Positions 25,214 to 38,782 are shown, counted from the first letter of the stretch. The stretch: 64,000 nucleotides of DNA from Octopus sinensis (GCF_006345805.1 NC_042997.1:23870001-23934000); one strand, 5' to 3'. Numbers and translations: made by a program. Notes: generated from the sequence alone by a model not told the origin.

Positions 25214-25910
25214 AGGCGCAGAAGTGGCTGTGTGGTAAGTAGTTTGCTTACATTGGCTCCAATTGGTGGTTGCAGGAATACCTGCCGGCCGCAAAAGAGT
25301 TAATTGAGGGAGTAATGTAAGAGATTTATCGCTTCCATATGTATAACATTTGTTTCCTTTATGATGGACTTCTAGTCCAATTTTTTAATATATATTTGTA
25401 AGAGGTTTAATACCTCTATATATGTTGTTTTTAAAGAACAATGTTTTAGAGAAGCTGAGGGTCTGCGGGTGTTTTCTGTCTTCTGCCATCTTTATCATTC
25501 GCCTCATTAATGTCTTGTCCAGCCCGCAAAGCTACATATCTGTGTACTGCCTTTATGGCAAATGATACAAAATAAAATAAGACAAAGTAGCATGCTTACA
25601 AACCACATGGTTCCGAGTTCATTCCCACTACATGGTATCTTGGGCAAGTGTCTTCTACTATAGCCACGGGCCGACTAAAGCCTTGTGAATGGATTTGGTA
25701 GGCGGAAACTGAAAAGAAGTCCGTCGTATGTATGTATGTATGTATGTATGTATGTATGTATGTATGTGTGTGTGTGTGTATATGTTTGTGTGTCTGTGTT
25801 TGTACCCCAACATCGCTTGACAACCGATACTGGTGTGTTTACGTCTCCGTAACCTAGCGATTCGGCAAAAGAGACTGACAAAATATGTACTTGGCTTACA
25901 AAGAATAATC
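25214..25910 (+). mobile_element. SINE-B split by a 332-bp insertion with a 16-bp TSD
   Basis: Head 25214-25252 resumes at 25601 (aaccacatggttccg). Confidence 0.85.
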
Positions 25911-26623
25911 CACTCGAAAGAATCAACCCTACTTAGATGTAGTCTAGCAAGCAGCCGTTGAACAGCAATATTTTTTGAACGTGAGACGAATATTGTCTCC
26001 ATTTCAGGAGATAAAACGGCAACTTTGAATGTTTCTATCACATTTGAATACGTTAGCACAGCGTTGCCCTATATTGAATCTAAGTAGATATATCAATTAA
26101 AAATATCCAAAAGCGAACATGCATGGCTTGAAATTGTTTGCCTACTTCAGATTTGCTATGGATTAGCATTTGACCGACAAATAAACTAATTTTTAATAGG
26201 CTATTCTTCGTGATTCACCATTCTTAAGACGTATTATTTCACGTTCTTGAAGTTTCTAAGTTCTATGGTATCAACAATATGTACACACACACTCACACAC
26301 ACACACGCACACACACACACACACACTCATAAACACACTCACACACACACACTCACACACGCACACATATTTGCATATGTGCTAAGGGATACTCAGTTCA
26401 CATCTAACCTGACTAAGTATCTGTCATACGTATAACTCGGGTATCACACATTATAATAAATAACTCAGTTCTTCAATCGCTTCATGAATAGACAGCTCAT
26501 ATTTTATAATGCCACAAATATAGACTGTCGCCCTATCCACAGGGATATTATGCGATACCTTCCGAAAGGATTAATGTTTCATATAAATATATTTAATAGT
26601 TCACATTGATTTATGGAGATTGT

Positions 26624-26670
<47 letters not shown>

Positions 26671-27139
26671 GAGATACATACTGCTAGACTTTGAGCTAAC
26701 CTTTAAACAACTGTTCGGTTTATATCTGTACTCGCTCATCAAGCTGACAGTTAATATTTATCTTTAATTTTGTTACTTATGTCTATGACAGCAATTTAAT
26801 GACAGTAAACATAAAGTAATCTATGGGCCCATTGACAAAACTCTCTAGAGGTAACTAGACTTTAAAAAAGGAATCGCCAGTATATGTAGATTAATAGTAA
26901 ACGACATCTCTGTTTTTCTTTCTGATAATACGATGAGGTATTTAAGCAAAATATACAAAATATATTCATTTACGCATGTATAGGTAATAATATACTGAAG
27001 ACAATGTATATATATATATATATATATAGTTTTTATTATATCATTACCTCTTATATTATTGCTAAGAACACCAATACAACCATAGCAAGAACTATTCATT
27101 ATTACTATTTGCATAAATGATAATAATAATTCTTTCTGT

Positions 27140-27300
27140 CAATGGCACGTGACCTGAAATTTTGGGGAGGGAGCTAGTCGATTACTTCGAACCTGAGGGC
27201 TGAAATTGTGTCTATTTTATCGTAAAGAACGTAAAGGCGGGCGAAATGCCGCTAAGCATATTGTCCGGCGTGCTAACGATTCTGTCACTTCGCCGCCTTA
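27140..27300 (-). mobile_element. SINE-A, deleted and diverged
   Basis: gaaatgccgctaagcatattgtccggcgtgctaacgattctgtcacttcgccgcct is the reversed head. Confidence 0.75.
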
Positions 27301-27574
27301 ATAACAACTAAAGCAGCAACAACAACAAAAACAACAACAACAACAGCGACGACGACAACAACAGCAACAACAACAAAAACAACAACAACAACAATAATAA
27401 TAATAATAATAATAATATAATAATAATGATAATAATAATAACAATAATAGGCATTACTTGCGTAAAGTACTGTGTGACTGAGGTCCTTGCTGTAACTTAA
27501 CAAACAGTACAAACCTCAGTAAAGACAATATCTTCAATCAACAACATCAACGAAATTGTGTACTGTGCAACGTC

Positions 27575-27653
27575 TATAATAATAATAATAATAATAATGA
27601 TGATGATGATGATGATGATGATGATAATAATAATAATAATATTAATAATAATA

Positions 27654-27691
<38 letters not shown>

Positions 27692-27745
27692 AATAATAAT
27701 AATAATAATAATGATGATGATGATAATCATAATATAATAATAATA

Positions 27746-27777
<32 letters not shown>

Positions 27778-27970
27778 ATATAATAATAATAATAATATAT
27801 AATAATAATAATAATAATGATGATGATGATATGAGGATGATGATGATGATGATAATAATAATAATATAATAATAATTTATAATATAATATGATGATGATG
27901 ATGATATGATGATGATGATGATGATGATGTATAATAATAATAATAATGATGATGATGATGATCGATAATG

Positions 27971-28001
<31 letters not shown>

Positions 28002-28193
28002 TGATGATAATGATGATGATGACGATGATGATGATAATAATAATAATAAGATTAATGATGATGATGATGATAATAATAATAATTAAGAATAATAATAATA
28101 ATAATTATAATAATATCTGAATGATGATGATGATTGATGATGATGATGATAATAATAATAATGATGTGAATGATGATGATGATGATAATAATA

Positions 28194-28246
<53 letters not shown>

Positions 28247-28258
28247 GTAATAATAATG

Positions 28259-28290
<32 letters not shown>

Positions 28291-28300
28291 AATGATAAAT
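27575..28300. repeat. Alternating (ATA)n/(ATG)n microsatellite field
   Basis: Direct. Confidence 0.95.
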
Positions 28301-29242
28301 TCTACAAGAACCACAGTTCAATGAATATCTATTCTTTGAATGAGTCATCCGATGCTGAAGAGAACGCTGAAGACAGATTTTCCCAGGTTTGACAGGAATA
28401 AGACGGTGGGATAAATACAAAGCACAGATATAAAGGCAAGAGACTAACAACAGGTGGATAGATGTAGGGAACCCATAGACGGGGTGGGGGGTGGGGGTAA
28501 TGGAACTGGATGGAGAAATAGAGAGAGAGAGAGAGAGAGGGAGGGAGACAGGAGGACATGAAGTATGAGAAATTGAAGTTAGAGTTGATGAGAGGTAAAT
28601 ATCTGTTGAACCGTACGAATAAAATGCAGATGTATGCATGAAGTGAGAGAAAGAGAGAGAGAGAGAAGGGGGGTAGAGGGAGAGAGAGAGTAAGAGAGGG
28701 TAGAAGGGAGAGAGAGAGAGTTTGAATGAGTGAGTGATTGCGTTCGTTAGTGATTGACTGAGTGAATGATTGATTAACTGAGTGAGTGAGTCATTGAGTG
28801 AGTGATTGAGTGATTGAGTGAATGGGTGAATGAGTGATTGAGGGAGTGAATGATTCAGTGAGTGGGTTAGTGAGTCGTTGAGTGATGATGATGATGATGA
28901 TGATGATGGTGATGAGAAGCAGACAGAAGGAGGAGGACGAGGAGGAGGAGGGAAATATGAGGAGGCAGGAAGGGCAGGAGGATGAGGAGGCGGGGCGGAG
29001 ACTGAAGAGGAGGATGACGACGACGACGACGAGAAGAATGATGACGACGACGATGATTATTATGATTTTGATAATTTTGATGACGGCTGTGCTGGTGATA
29101 ATGATTTGACGCCGGAGTTGTTTTTTAAGTAATGCTCGAGTACTGGCGTCGATGCAGCTCAACTATTCCAGTTTAGAGTCAAGTTTTTCAAATATACACA
29201 TATATTAATGTGTATTTATATATATATACTTATATTTATATA

Positions 29243-29309
<67 letters not shown>

Positions 29310-29399
29310 TATTAATATATATATATAGATATATATATATATATATCTGTTATATATATCTGTATCCCATATATCTGTTGGAATACTAATCTTGGGGTT

Positions 29400-30135
29400 T
29401 CTATTCATCTATTCATTTATTCTATTTATTCATTTATTTATTTTCTCACTGATTCTTCTCATTTCAAAAACACTCTCTGGCTTTTGACCACTCCCCAAGA
29501 ACAATAGCTTGTGCCCTGTTTATCTCCTAAATACCAACCTACCCAAAACGTCCCCCACCACCACTCCATTAAATCTGCCTAAATGCATAAATACAAGAAC
29601 TTATTTTGACAGCCAATTTCCTGAAGATTTCATCTGAATGAAACAGTTCTAGTCCTGTAGAAGCTCCTTCTTGTTTGTGTTACTGTTATTCTCCGTGTCC
29701 TGTCTTTTACTGTTTATATTTTGTACTGTCGTTACCGTCCTGTTTTTGTTACTATTTTTACCCCTACGCAAAAATATCTCAAATTTTATTTAATTTGATT
29801 TTCGCGGGAAGAAAAGTTTTATTGAAGTCATGTATCGCCTTGACCTTCGAAACGTGGAGTAGATGAAACTAAGACGACTGAAGAAGGGGAATTTTCCTTG
29901 TTTTGTATGTCCTGAACTCTATTTTTTCGTTGTTTAAAAGAAATGTCCATTTTCTTGTTTTTGTGTTTATCTTTTAGTTTCTCATTGTGTTCGACGTATT
30001 TTTTTTTTGGTGTCCTGTACCTATATATGCATGTATATATACATGTAGAGGTAGGTACGTACATATATGTATGTATATATGCATATGTTTTATTTTTTAA
30101 TATTATTATATATATATATATATATATATATATCG
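29400..30135 (+). mobile_element. Probable Penelope-like pseudo-LTR ending in (TA)n
   Basis: Contains a hammerhead motif; its 3' ~250 bp recur at 46527-46745, also ending at (TA)n. Confidence 0.6.
29617..29663 (+). ncRNA. Type I hammerhead ribozyme motif with complete core
   Basis: TTTC-CTGAAGA-t(TTC-atct-GAA)t-GAAA-CAG-ttctagtc-CTG-TA-GAAG; predicted cleavage after A29659; stem II weak (U.U at base). Confidence 0.6.
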
Positions 30136-30817
30136 CACGAACTAAAGAAAGAGAACTCAATACTTACACTTACAAAATACAGTATGCAATAAATGAAACA
30201 AATTCAGCTGTCATTCAAACGTTTCGCGCTTAGTTCAAAGACGATGTGTAATATCCTTTGGGAAAACTGGCTCAAGGCTCAAAATCCAGTAACTCTCAGT
30301 TCATGTAAGTTTATTCACACACACATAGTCACAAACATGAGTTTTGCGTGAGGGTGTGCGTGTGTGTGTGTGTGTGTGGTGGATATATGGGTATGTGCAT
30401 GGTGCCGGTAAACATATATCATAAGTACAAAACACACACAAACTAACACGCAAACACAAAACACACACACACATATATATATATATTCCTCTCGACATAC
30501 ACATGCACACATGAACAGACGCACATACACACAAACGCACACCACTCGTAATGACATTTTAAATATGTATTTACTGGTAGGAAATCATGTCACAGACTCA
30601 ATAGCATAGCTAAATAAATATAAATTAACATAATCCAGCTAATATACACTTTCATTGCGCATATCAATTGTACATTAATATGCCCTTATGTAAACAATGA
30701 AACACATGCACGTGTGTGTGTGACTGCGTCTGTATGCATGAATGTGTGTACGTTATTTATGTACCAACACACCACACACACAGAGACATATATATATATG
30801 TATATATATACATACAC

Positions 30818-30920
<103 letters not shown>

Positions 30921-30989
30921 ATATTATATATAATATATATATACATATATATATATTATTATATGTATGTATATATAAGAATTTTTTTG

Positions 30990-31230
30990 CGTACGTAATG
31001 AGATAAAAAGATCAAGGATGTTTGATATTAGATAGAAATTTATAGATAGAAGGTCTTACAGCTGTTTCCAAGATTTTCTGAATTATATCGCTTCATCGGA
31101 GACGGTTGTGAGAGGATGATTAAGTGATAGTTAGTTTAGATGTGATACAAAATAGAGAGAGAGAGGTAGAAGAAAGAAAATAGATGTAAGATATGTATTG
31201 ATATTGAAGTTGTAAATCCATAGTTGTTTT
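30990..31230 (-). mobile_element. Penelope-like terminus, same family as 7660-8430
   Basis: Minus strand ctcacaaccgtctccgatgaag..gaaacagctgtaagac.ttcta aligns to 8309-8370. Confidence 0.7.
31053..31103 (-). ncRNA. Minimal hammerhead motif, U4C variant
   Basis: GTCT-CCGATGA-agcgat..atcttg-GAAAC-AGCT-GTA-AGAC. Confidence 0.6.
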
Positions 31231-31234
31231 AGGC

Positions 31235-31271
<37 letters not shown>

Positions 31272-31286
31272 CATATATATATATAT

Positions 31287-31390
<104 letters not shown>

Positions 31391-31589
31391 GTGCAGAAAA
31401 TGGAGAGAAAAAATTTGCTTATTTAAATTCGATTCCCGATAAACTTTTGTTTAATCAGTTATTACCTGTACCCTATGAGCATACTGTACTTGCATACCCA
31501 TGTCCAGGGATAGCATAGATAAATGATACCGGTAGTAAGAACGGACATTCTTATCCCTTAGACGGTTATTCCAACCGCTAACTTTGCTT

Positions 31590-31800
31590 AACTGTTTTAT
31601 ATATACATGGGGAGAATTCACAAAAAAGAAAAGACGAAGGCAGGTGGTGTGGACAACAAACAGATGTATTAGTATAACGCCCGGGAAGTGAAAAACTCTT
31701 TAACGTTTCGAGCCTACGCTCTTCCACAGAAAGGAACACAGAAAGAAACAAGGAGAGAAAATAAAGAATGTGCAGTGAGTGATCTATCATACCGAAGACA
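31590..31800 (-). mobile_element. Penelope-like terminus abutting (TA)n
   Basis: Homologous to 38100-38295 (aaagacgaaggcaggtgg..gtattagtat..acgtttcgagcctacgctcttc.acagaaag). Confidence 0.7.
31697..31734 (-). ncRNA. Minimal hammerhead motif, A6U variant
   Basis: CTTT-CTGTGGA-A-GAGC-gtag-GCTC-GAAA-CG-TT-AAAG. Confidence 0.6.
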
Positions 31801-31804
31801 TATA

Positions 31805-31867
<63 letters not shown>

Positions 31868-32249
31868 TGTATGTGTGTGTTGTGTGTGTGGAACCACCAT
31901 TTTCTTTTCTTCTGATATATATATATAATATATAATATATATATATATATATGTATAATAATGTGAGTATATAGGGATAAGATTACCCATGCGTGATAGC
32001 TCTGAGGTATATTCCAGTTTTCGTCTAACCGCCTCAAGTAGTAATGAGCGTTAAAGATCGCTTAGTATTAGTAATCCCGATGTAAGTCTTCTGAAAGGTA
32101 ACTCCAGATTTGCTTCCGATGATTATGAATATTATGAGGAATGTAGATTTCAAACAATTATAAAGAATGCTGAGACTGGTAAAGAATCTATTTTACAATT
32201 GATGATGATGATGATGATGATATATATATATATATATAATATATATATA

Positions 32250-32580
32250 TATTATTATATGGAGAAAATTACAAAGGGACAAGAACGCAAAACACTTAGA
32301 AGACGATACAAAAAAACACGGACGGACATTCGAAGCCCTCAATCTTCAGTCAAGAACGGATCATCGTAACAATTTCGGCTGATTAATCTTGAGATCGCTC
32401 CGATCCGGCCAGCCCAAGGAAAACTAAGCTACGAGCATTAGAAAAACTAAGCTACGAGCATTAGAAAAACTAAGCTACGAGCATTAGATTTCTTGGAAGA
32501 AGGATCGAATGTATACGAAACAGAGACAGAAAAAAGGACGATGCCACACGAATATAAAATACAAAAAACAATAATGAAAT
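32250..32580 (-). mobile_element. Possible Penelope-like terminus with a 23-bp tandem triplication
   Basis: (TA)n flanks; GGCTG..CAGCC-GAAA stem without a CUGANGA; gaaaaactaagctacgagcatta three times at ~32419-32487. Confidence 0.35.
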
Positions 32581-32643
32581 ATAATATATATATATATATA
32601 TGTACGTATGTACGCATGCATATGAATAAGAAGGAAAGTAAGG

Positions 32644-32682
<39 letters not shown>

Positions 32683-33438
32683 AAAGACAAAGACATTGAT
32701 AGAGGTATAGGTTTGGGAACCAAAAATTGAAAATTTGTATGTTTGGGATGTCATGGTTCTGCATCATGTCGTGTTGCCCTACCATGTTTCTAACAAGACG
32801 TGATGTAGCGTGAACTCGCTTGGCGAAACGTAGTGTGATTTGGCTTCAAATGCTATATTGTAACGTGTCGGCGTAACGTGACTGAGTTGGACATTTTGTG
32901 GTGTGACATTGCGTGACGTATAATGAATTAGTTTGCTATAGCTTAAATGGCTTGGCTGAACCTGACTATTTTTATGTTGCTGAATTGTTCATTATATTAT
33001 ATTATAATATATTATACATTTTTTCTTGCTGCAGACTGCCTTCCATCGAACAGTCATAGAATAAAAAGCCATTCTAGTTATGACTATCTCACCTGTTTTT
33101 CAAGCGCATTGCCCCCCGGGCTAAATTATGAATAAGGCATCCTCTTAGAACACATTAGTATATGGTTTAACGGGAGTTTTGCTACTATTTTTGACAGGTA
33201 TTGTGATTACTTTGGAGGTATCTCCTTGAAGTTTTCAACGCAGGTTTATTGTTGCGGTATAATATACGACAATACTACTTAGGAATGTGTCTTTTTTTTT
33301 TTGTAGTCGCTATTTGTGTTGAGCAGAACTTTGACCAATGACGTTTCAACCGTCATGTTTCTGTTACATCCACTTAAACATAACTACATTAATCTAATAT
33401 ATGTCTTTAAATATATGTGCGTGTGTGTATGTATGTGT

Positions 33439-33779
33439 GGAGGCGCAATGGCCCAGTGGTTAGGGCAGCGGACTCGCGGTCATAGGATCGCGGTTTCGAT
33501 TCCCAGACCGGGCGTTGTGAGTATTTATTGAGCGAAAACACCTAAAAGCTCCACGAGGCTCCGGCAGGGGATGGTGGTGATCCCTGTAGTACTCTTTCAC
33601 CACAACTTTCTCTCACGCTTACTTCCTGTTTCTGTTGTACCTGTTTTTCAAGGGGCCGGCCTTGTCACTCTCTGTGTCACGCTGAATATCCCCGAGAACT
33701 ACGTTAAGGGTGTACGTGTCTGTGGAGTGCTCAGCCACTTACACGTTAATTTCACGAGCAGGCTGTTCCGTTGATTCGG
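33439..33779 (+). mobile_element. tRNA-derived SINE-C, tail type 1
   Basis: A box tggcccagtgg, B-box-like gtttcgattcc; tail ..gagaactacgttaaggg..ttcacgagcaggctgttccgttg. Confidence 0.9.
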
Positions 33780-34356
33780 CTAAACATAGAAAGGACAAAC
33801 AAGGACAGACACACGGATTAAGCCGATTACATCGACCACAGTGCGTAACTGGTACTTATTTAATCGACCCCGAAAAGATGAATGGCAAAGTTGACCTCGG
33901 CGGAATTTGATCTCAGAACGTAACGGCAGACGAAATACCTATTTCTTTACTGCCCACAAGGGTCTACAGACAGAGGGGACAAACATGGACATACAAAGGG
34001 ATTAAATCGATTGTATCGACCCCAGTGCGTAACTAGTACTTATTTAATCGACCCCGAAAGGATGAAAGGCAAAGTCGACCTCGGCAGAATTTGAACACAG
34101 AACGTAACGGCAGACGAAATACCTATTTCTTTACTACCCACAAGGGGCTAAACGCAGAGAAGACAAACAAGGACAGACAAACGGATTTAGTCGATTATAT
34201 CGACCCCAGTGCGTAACTAGTACTTATTTTAATCGACCCCGAAAGGATGAAAGGCAAAGTCGTCCTCGGCGGAATTTGAACTCAGAACGTAGCGGCAGAC
34301 GAAATACCGCTAAGCATTTTGCCCGGCGTGCTAACGATTCTGCCAGCTCGCCGCCT
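33780..34356 (-). mobile_element. SINE-A trimer (array 2)
   Basis: gacgaaatacc at 33929, 34113, 34298; head ends at 34356. Confidence 0.92.
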
Positions 34357-35621
34357 GCTTCTGAGATCATTTACGTGTTTCAGATAACAGAACTTGATCT
34401 TAGGGAGAAGTTACTTCTATTTCTAATCAGACGACTAACTCGACAGAAACCCTTCCTCTTTAGCTCCTAACAACAGATGGCCTGCTGTAGCAGCTGTAAT
34501 GTACAATAGTTTCTTGAAGCGTCGTATACTGTCGTGGTTTCCCTGGTGACTCTTCCAATGCGAGTTTCTCTGGGATATCAGATACAGCATTGATTGGCGT
34601 GAGGTGTTGGATGGGAGATGATGTTGCAATGAAACGATCATGGAAGAAATCTTCCGTATAAAATCCAATTAGAAATATTGAAACCACTTTATCCATGGAC
34701 CATAAAGAGATGCAGATTATTTCCAACGTTCTTTGTTTTATTTGAATTGTCCGTTAAGTTTGCTTTGGATCGGTTTGGTAAATTGGTATAAAATGTATAT
34801 ATGTGTATGTGCGTGTGTGGGTGTGTGTGTGTGTCGGCGTGCGTGTATGCGTGCAGGTGTGTCTATGTGTATGTATATATACTTTTATCTTTCTCTCTCT
34901 CTCTTTCTCTCTCTCTGTCTCTGTCTCTCTCTCTCTCTTCCCTCTCTCTCTCTCTACATATATATATGTATATATGCATGTATGCATGCACGTATGTATG
35001 TATGTATGTATGTATATTTATATATATGTATATATATATATATATATATATGCATAGAGAAGAGAGAGGTTTATGACTATGTATGCATCTATGTATGTAT
35101 GTATGTATATATGTAGATAGGTAGGTAGGTAGGTAGGTAGATATGTAGGTAGGTAGGCAGGTAGGCTCAATATTATATGTAATTTGTCTCGACTTTATGC
35201 ATGTCAAGGTATCCAACGACTTTTGGTTTAGAGAGTTTTTCTTATTTTCTAAAAGGGAACAGATGGATAAATGGACTAAAGGCGTTTGTGCTGCTCTGGT
35301 AGTAGAGATTCACAATAATCTGGTGCTTTATGTTGTAGAGAAATGCAGCCAAATACGTTATACAGTTACAGAAAATTTTGGCAATACTTCATGGATATTT
35401 TATTTTAACGATATGACGACAGATGTTTCAATACAGAACTTTGCAAGAGTCTCCTTTTATAAGAAGTTTGCCTATAGGAGGTTTCCGATTCTGAATATAT
35501 CTCTTATTCCTCTTCTTTTCACTTTTCATATACAGTAATTTTACACAAGATTTTTGCAAACATTCAACGTAGTTATGATAGTATATCGTTCATTCTAGCG
35601 CCCTAGAGAATATAAAGATAT

Positions 35622-35760
35622 AGGGGCAGATGTGACTGTGTGATAAGGAGCGTGCTCCCCAACCATATGGTTCCGGGTTGAGTTCCACTTGGGCAATTGC
35701 CTTCGACTATGGCCCTGTGAGTGGATTTGGTAGACGAAAACTGAAAAAAGCCCCCTCGTG
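35622..35760 (+). mobile_element. SINE-B 5' half, diverged
   Basis: aaccatatggttccgggttgag..gtgagtggatttggtagacgaaaactgaaa. Confidence 0.75.
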
Positions 35761-35785
35761 TACGTACACACAAACACACACACAC

Positions 35786-35833
<48 letters not shown>

Positions 35834-35834
35834 A

Positions 35835-35869
<35 letters not shown>

Positions 35870-36056
35870 GGCTCTGCAGTGATAACCATGACTTTGAGCC
35901 CCAGTCTCAACCCATGGCTCGCCACTTCAACCTTCATTGATATCCACTCACCTCTATTCACACCACCCGTAAAGGTGGACTACTCAACATCCAGGAATGT
36001 AGGTACAAAAATTTCCTCTATAAATAAAAAATAAATTAAATAATTATTATAATGGC

Positions 36057-36545
36057 ACAATGAATAATAGCTCTAGCAATTATACAACCGATAGTAAAGG
36101 GAGTCATAATCAACAGATAAAAATATGTTCATGTCCTGATAAGACTAAATGTAAGCTCTCTAATAATTGTAATGTTGATAATGTAATTTATAAATGTATA
36201 GTAAACTCTAAGAACAAGAATAATAAAATTATGAATAAGGTTTATATAGGATCTGCAGCTAAAGAAATTAATAAAAGAATCTCTCAACACTACCAGACTT
36301 TCAAAATCCTAATTTAAATAAATTCACGGGTTTAAGTAAATATATATGGAAATTAAAATCTCGAAAAATAGACTACACCCTTAGATGAGTATAACAGGTA
36401 GAGCCCACTCTTATAACATTGGCAATAAAATGTGTTGATTATGTATAACAGAATTTATGAAACTATTACAGTCTAGAGATGAATTATGAAACACATACGA
36501 TGAACGAGGAGTTAAATGTAGACACAATAGTAATTTTACTTTCAA
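36057..36545 (+). pseudogene. Penelope-like (Neptune-type, inferred) GIY-YIG endonuclease remnant
   Basis: CSCPDKTKC..NC..DNVIYKCIV..KVYIGSAAKEINKRISQH, then GLSKYIWKLK and MC*LCITE in a shifted frame. Confidence 0.85.
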
Positions 36546-36920
36546 TAAAATGAAATACTGTACACCCACCCTTGAATCTAATAATCATGCACTTTTGATT
36601 TCTACAGCACTTGAATAGATCATATGAATAATTAATTAAATATTACTGAAAATTATTTTATAACAAATTATATATATCCTTCAACATAGTTTGAAGATAA
36701 TAATAGAAGATAATTTAAATTAAACTATGCGTAGTGGAATTACCTCCCTTGGTACTATCACCTATAAATTCCCATATTGCTCTGCTATCTTCACTTCCTC
36801 TAATCGCCATTTTGAAAGACATCTTTGTTCCGTCAAAGGAGGATATGTATCTTCATTTTTTATGTTATTTTTCACATTTAATCACAAGCACTTTTATTCT
36901 GATGTATATTTTATATGTTA

Positions 36921-37319
36921 CTAGCAGTATCGTCCGGCGTTGCTCGGTTTTGTAAGGGAAATAACTATATAAGCATTTTTAGAGAGTTATAGCCAAAAAT
37001 ATAGCAAAAAAATGCATTAAAAATGGGAAAAAAATGATGGTAAATTTTTTTTTAAATCGTTGACTCATCGTAGACATTTTTAGAGAGTTACTTCCCTTAT
37101 TTAATAATGAAAAAAATGCATTAAAATGGAAAAAAATGATGGTAAATTTTTTTTAAATCGTAGACTCATCGTAGACGCGCGCTAATACCCAGAAGGGCTC
37201 GATATGTATCACGACTATAAGATACCCGCTTTTGGTTACACTGCACCGCAAAATGTGGGAGTAGTTAGGAATCTAAATCGTAGGAGACAGACACACAAAT
37301 TCACTTTTATATATAAAGA
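36921..37319 (-). mobile_element. Non-autonomous Helitron, copy 2
   Basis: Same TC/CTAG termini, hairpin and AT target as copy 1. Confidence 0.9.
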
Positions 37320-37577
37320 TATTTTGTATTTGACATTACATATTTGACTTTATAAGATTGATATATGTTACTAATTCCTATTTATAATGTATAATTTATA
37401 ATTTACAATTTTTAATTCTTCACTTATACATAATTTTTAAGGTTTAATCTAATGTTTAATTTAGCACTTAATTTTAAAGTGATCTAAAATTAGATTGATA
37501 ATATTTTGAAAAAGCACATGAACATGTGTTGGTAGAATTGTAAATCTGGGGACTGCATATTTGTGTGTGTGTGTGTG

Positions 37578-37617
<40 letters not shown>

Positions 37618-38059
37618 TATAATTTTTCCAATACTGAAACACGTGTTGTTCCTGTATAATTGATAATTTAATTTTAACTTAACTAATAGATATTTAAAGA
37701 AGTATATTTTATACCCTGCTGGTATACGGGTTATATCCTTTAAAGTCTTATTTCATGACGCGCAAGGAGAGATACCACAGATTTACCTTTAGATATACTC
37801 AGTAGGTTATTTTTTGTTTTATCTGAAATAGAATGCCCGCATATCTATTGATCCCTAACGATGAATTTTTATTGTTTTTTATTATATAGTTTGTATATTT
37901 CTAGATAAATATATAAATATATGACAATCAAGACCCCACTGTACGATATGCAGATACATGTAATGGTAAAGGGTTGTAATATATATATATATATGTATAC
38001 TATATTTGTTCCACGTCCTCGCGTTGTTGTTTTCTCTTTGTGTTTTCATGTTTGGATTA

Positions 38060-38099
<40 letters not shown>

Positions 38100-38102
<3 letters not shown>

Positions 38103-38292
38103 CGGGAAGCTTTATGAAAATAAACAAAAGACGAAGGCAGGTGGAATACAAACAAGCAATTGTATTAGTATGGCGCTCAGGAATATAAATAAAACAAGTC
38201 TTTTACGTTTCGAGCCTACGCTCTTCAACAGAAAGATACACAGAAAAGAAACACGGAAAAAAACGCGTGCAGAAGCTAGCGAATCAACATGG

Positions 38293-38295
<3 letters not shown>
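38100..38295 (-). mobile_element. Penelope-like terminus between (TA)n tracts
   Basis: Homologous to 31590-31800. Confidence 0.7.
38199..38236 (-). ncRNA. Minimal hammerhead motif, A6U variant, all stems intact
   Basis: TCTTT-CTGTTGA-A-GAGC-gtag-GCTC-GAAA-CG-TA-AAAGA; palindromic ACGT stem III. Confidence 0.68.
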
Positions 38296-38335
<40 letters not shown>

Positions 38336-38369
38336 TGCATATATATATATATATACATACATACATACA

Positions 38370-38401
<32 letters not shown>

Positions 38402-38439
38402 AAGATACATGTATAAATATTTATGTGTGTGTGTTTTGT

Positions 38440-38645
38440 GTCAGTGTTTGTACTCCCATCATCGCTTGACAACTGTTGTCCCCATTTCTAGCAGTTCGGC
38501 AAATGAAATCGATAAAATAAATACTAGGCTTTAAAAAAAGCATAAGTACTGGGATTGATTTCTTCGACTAAAACCCTTTAAGGCGGTGCTCCAGCATGGC
38601 CGCATTCAAATGACCGAAACGTGTAAAAGAATAAACGAATAAGAG
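38440..38645 (+). mobile_element. SINE-B 3' half, diverged
   Basis: gcagttcggcaaa..aaggcggtgctccagcatggccgc. Confidence 0.75.
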
Positions 38646-38769
38646 AATATAAGGATAACGGCGAGTAATGAGGTGAGGTTTTCAGGCGAATGTTCTTTAC
38701 AGTCTCTGTGTTCGGTAGATAGTGTTTAAGCTACTAGTGGACCACCTTTGCAGTGTAATAATAGTCAGA

Positions 38770-38782
38770 CATGCATGAAACA

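Noticed and set aside
29825-29910. Second hammerhead (gaag.tca..tgaccttc-GAAACGT, and CTGAAGA-aggggaa..ttcctt)
   Set aside because: The two core halves are in the wrong order or incomplete; no consistent topology.
31960-32200. GIY-YIG remnant (KTYIGIT on the minus strand)
   Set aside because: Only one half-motif; no preceding VIY/GIY or downstream R..EH.
33439-33515. tRNA gene at the SINE-C head (also 50262, 53121 and the SINE-A/B heads)
   Set aside because: A/B boxes are present but there is no full cloverleaf or acceptor stem, and each continues into a SINE body.
34435-35538. ORFs 34460-34726, 34435-34668 and 35197-35538 as host exons
   Set aside because: No recognisable domain or convincing splice-site pair; lengths are within chance expectation.
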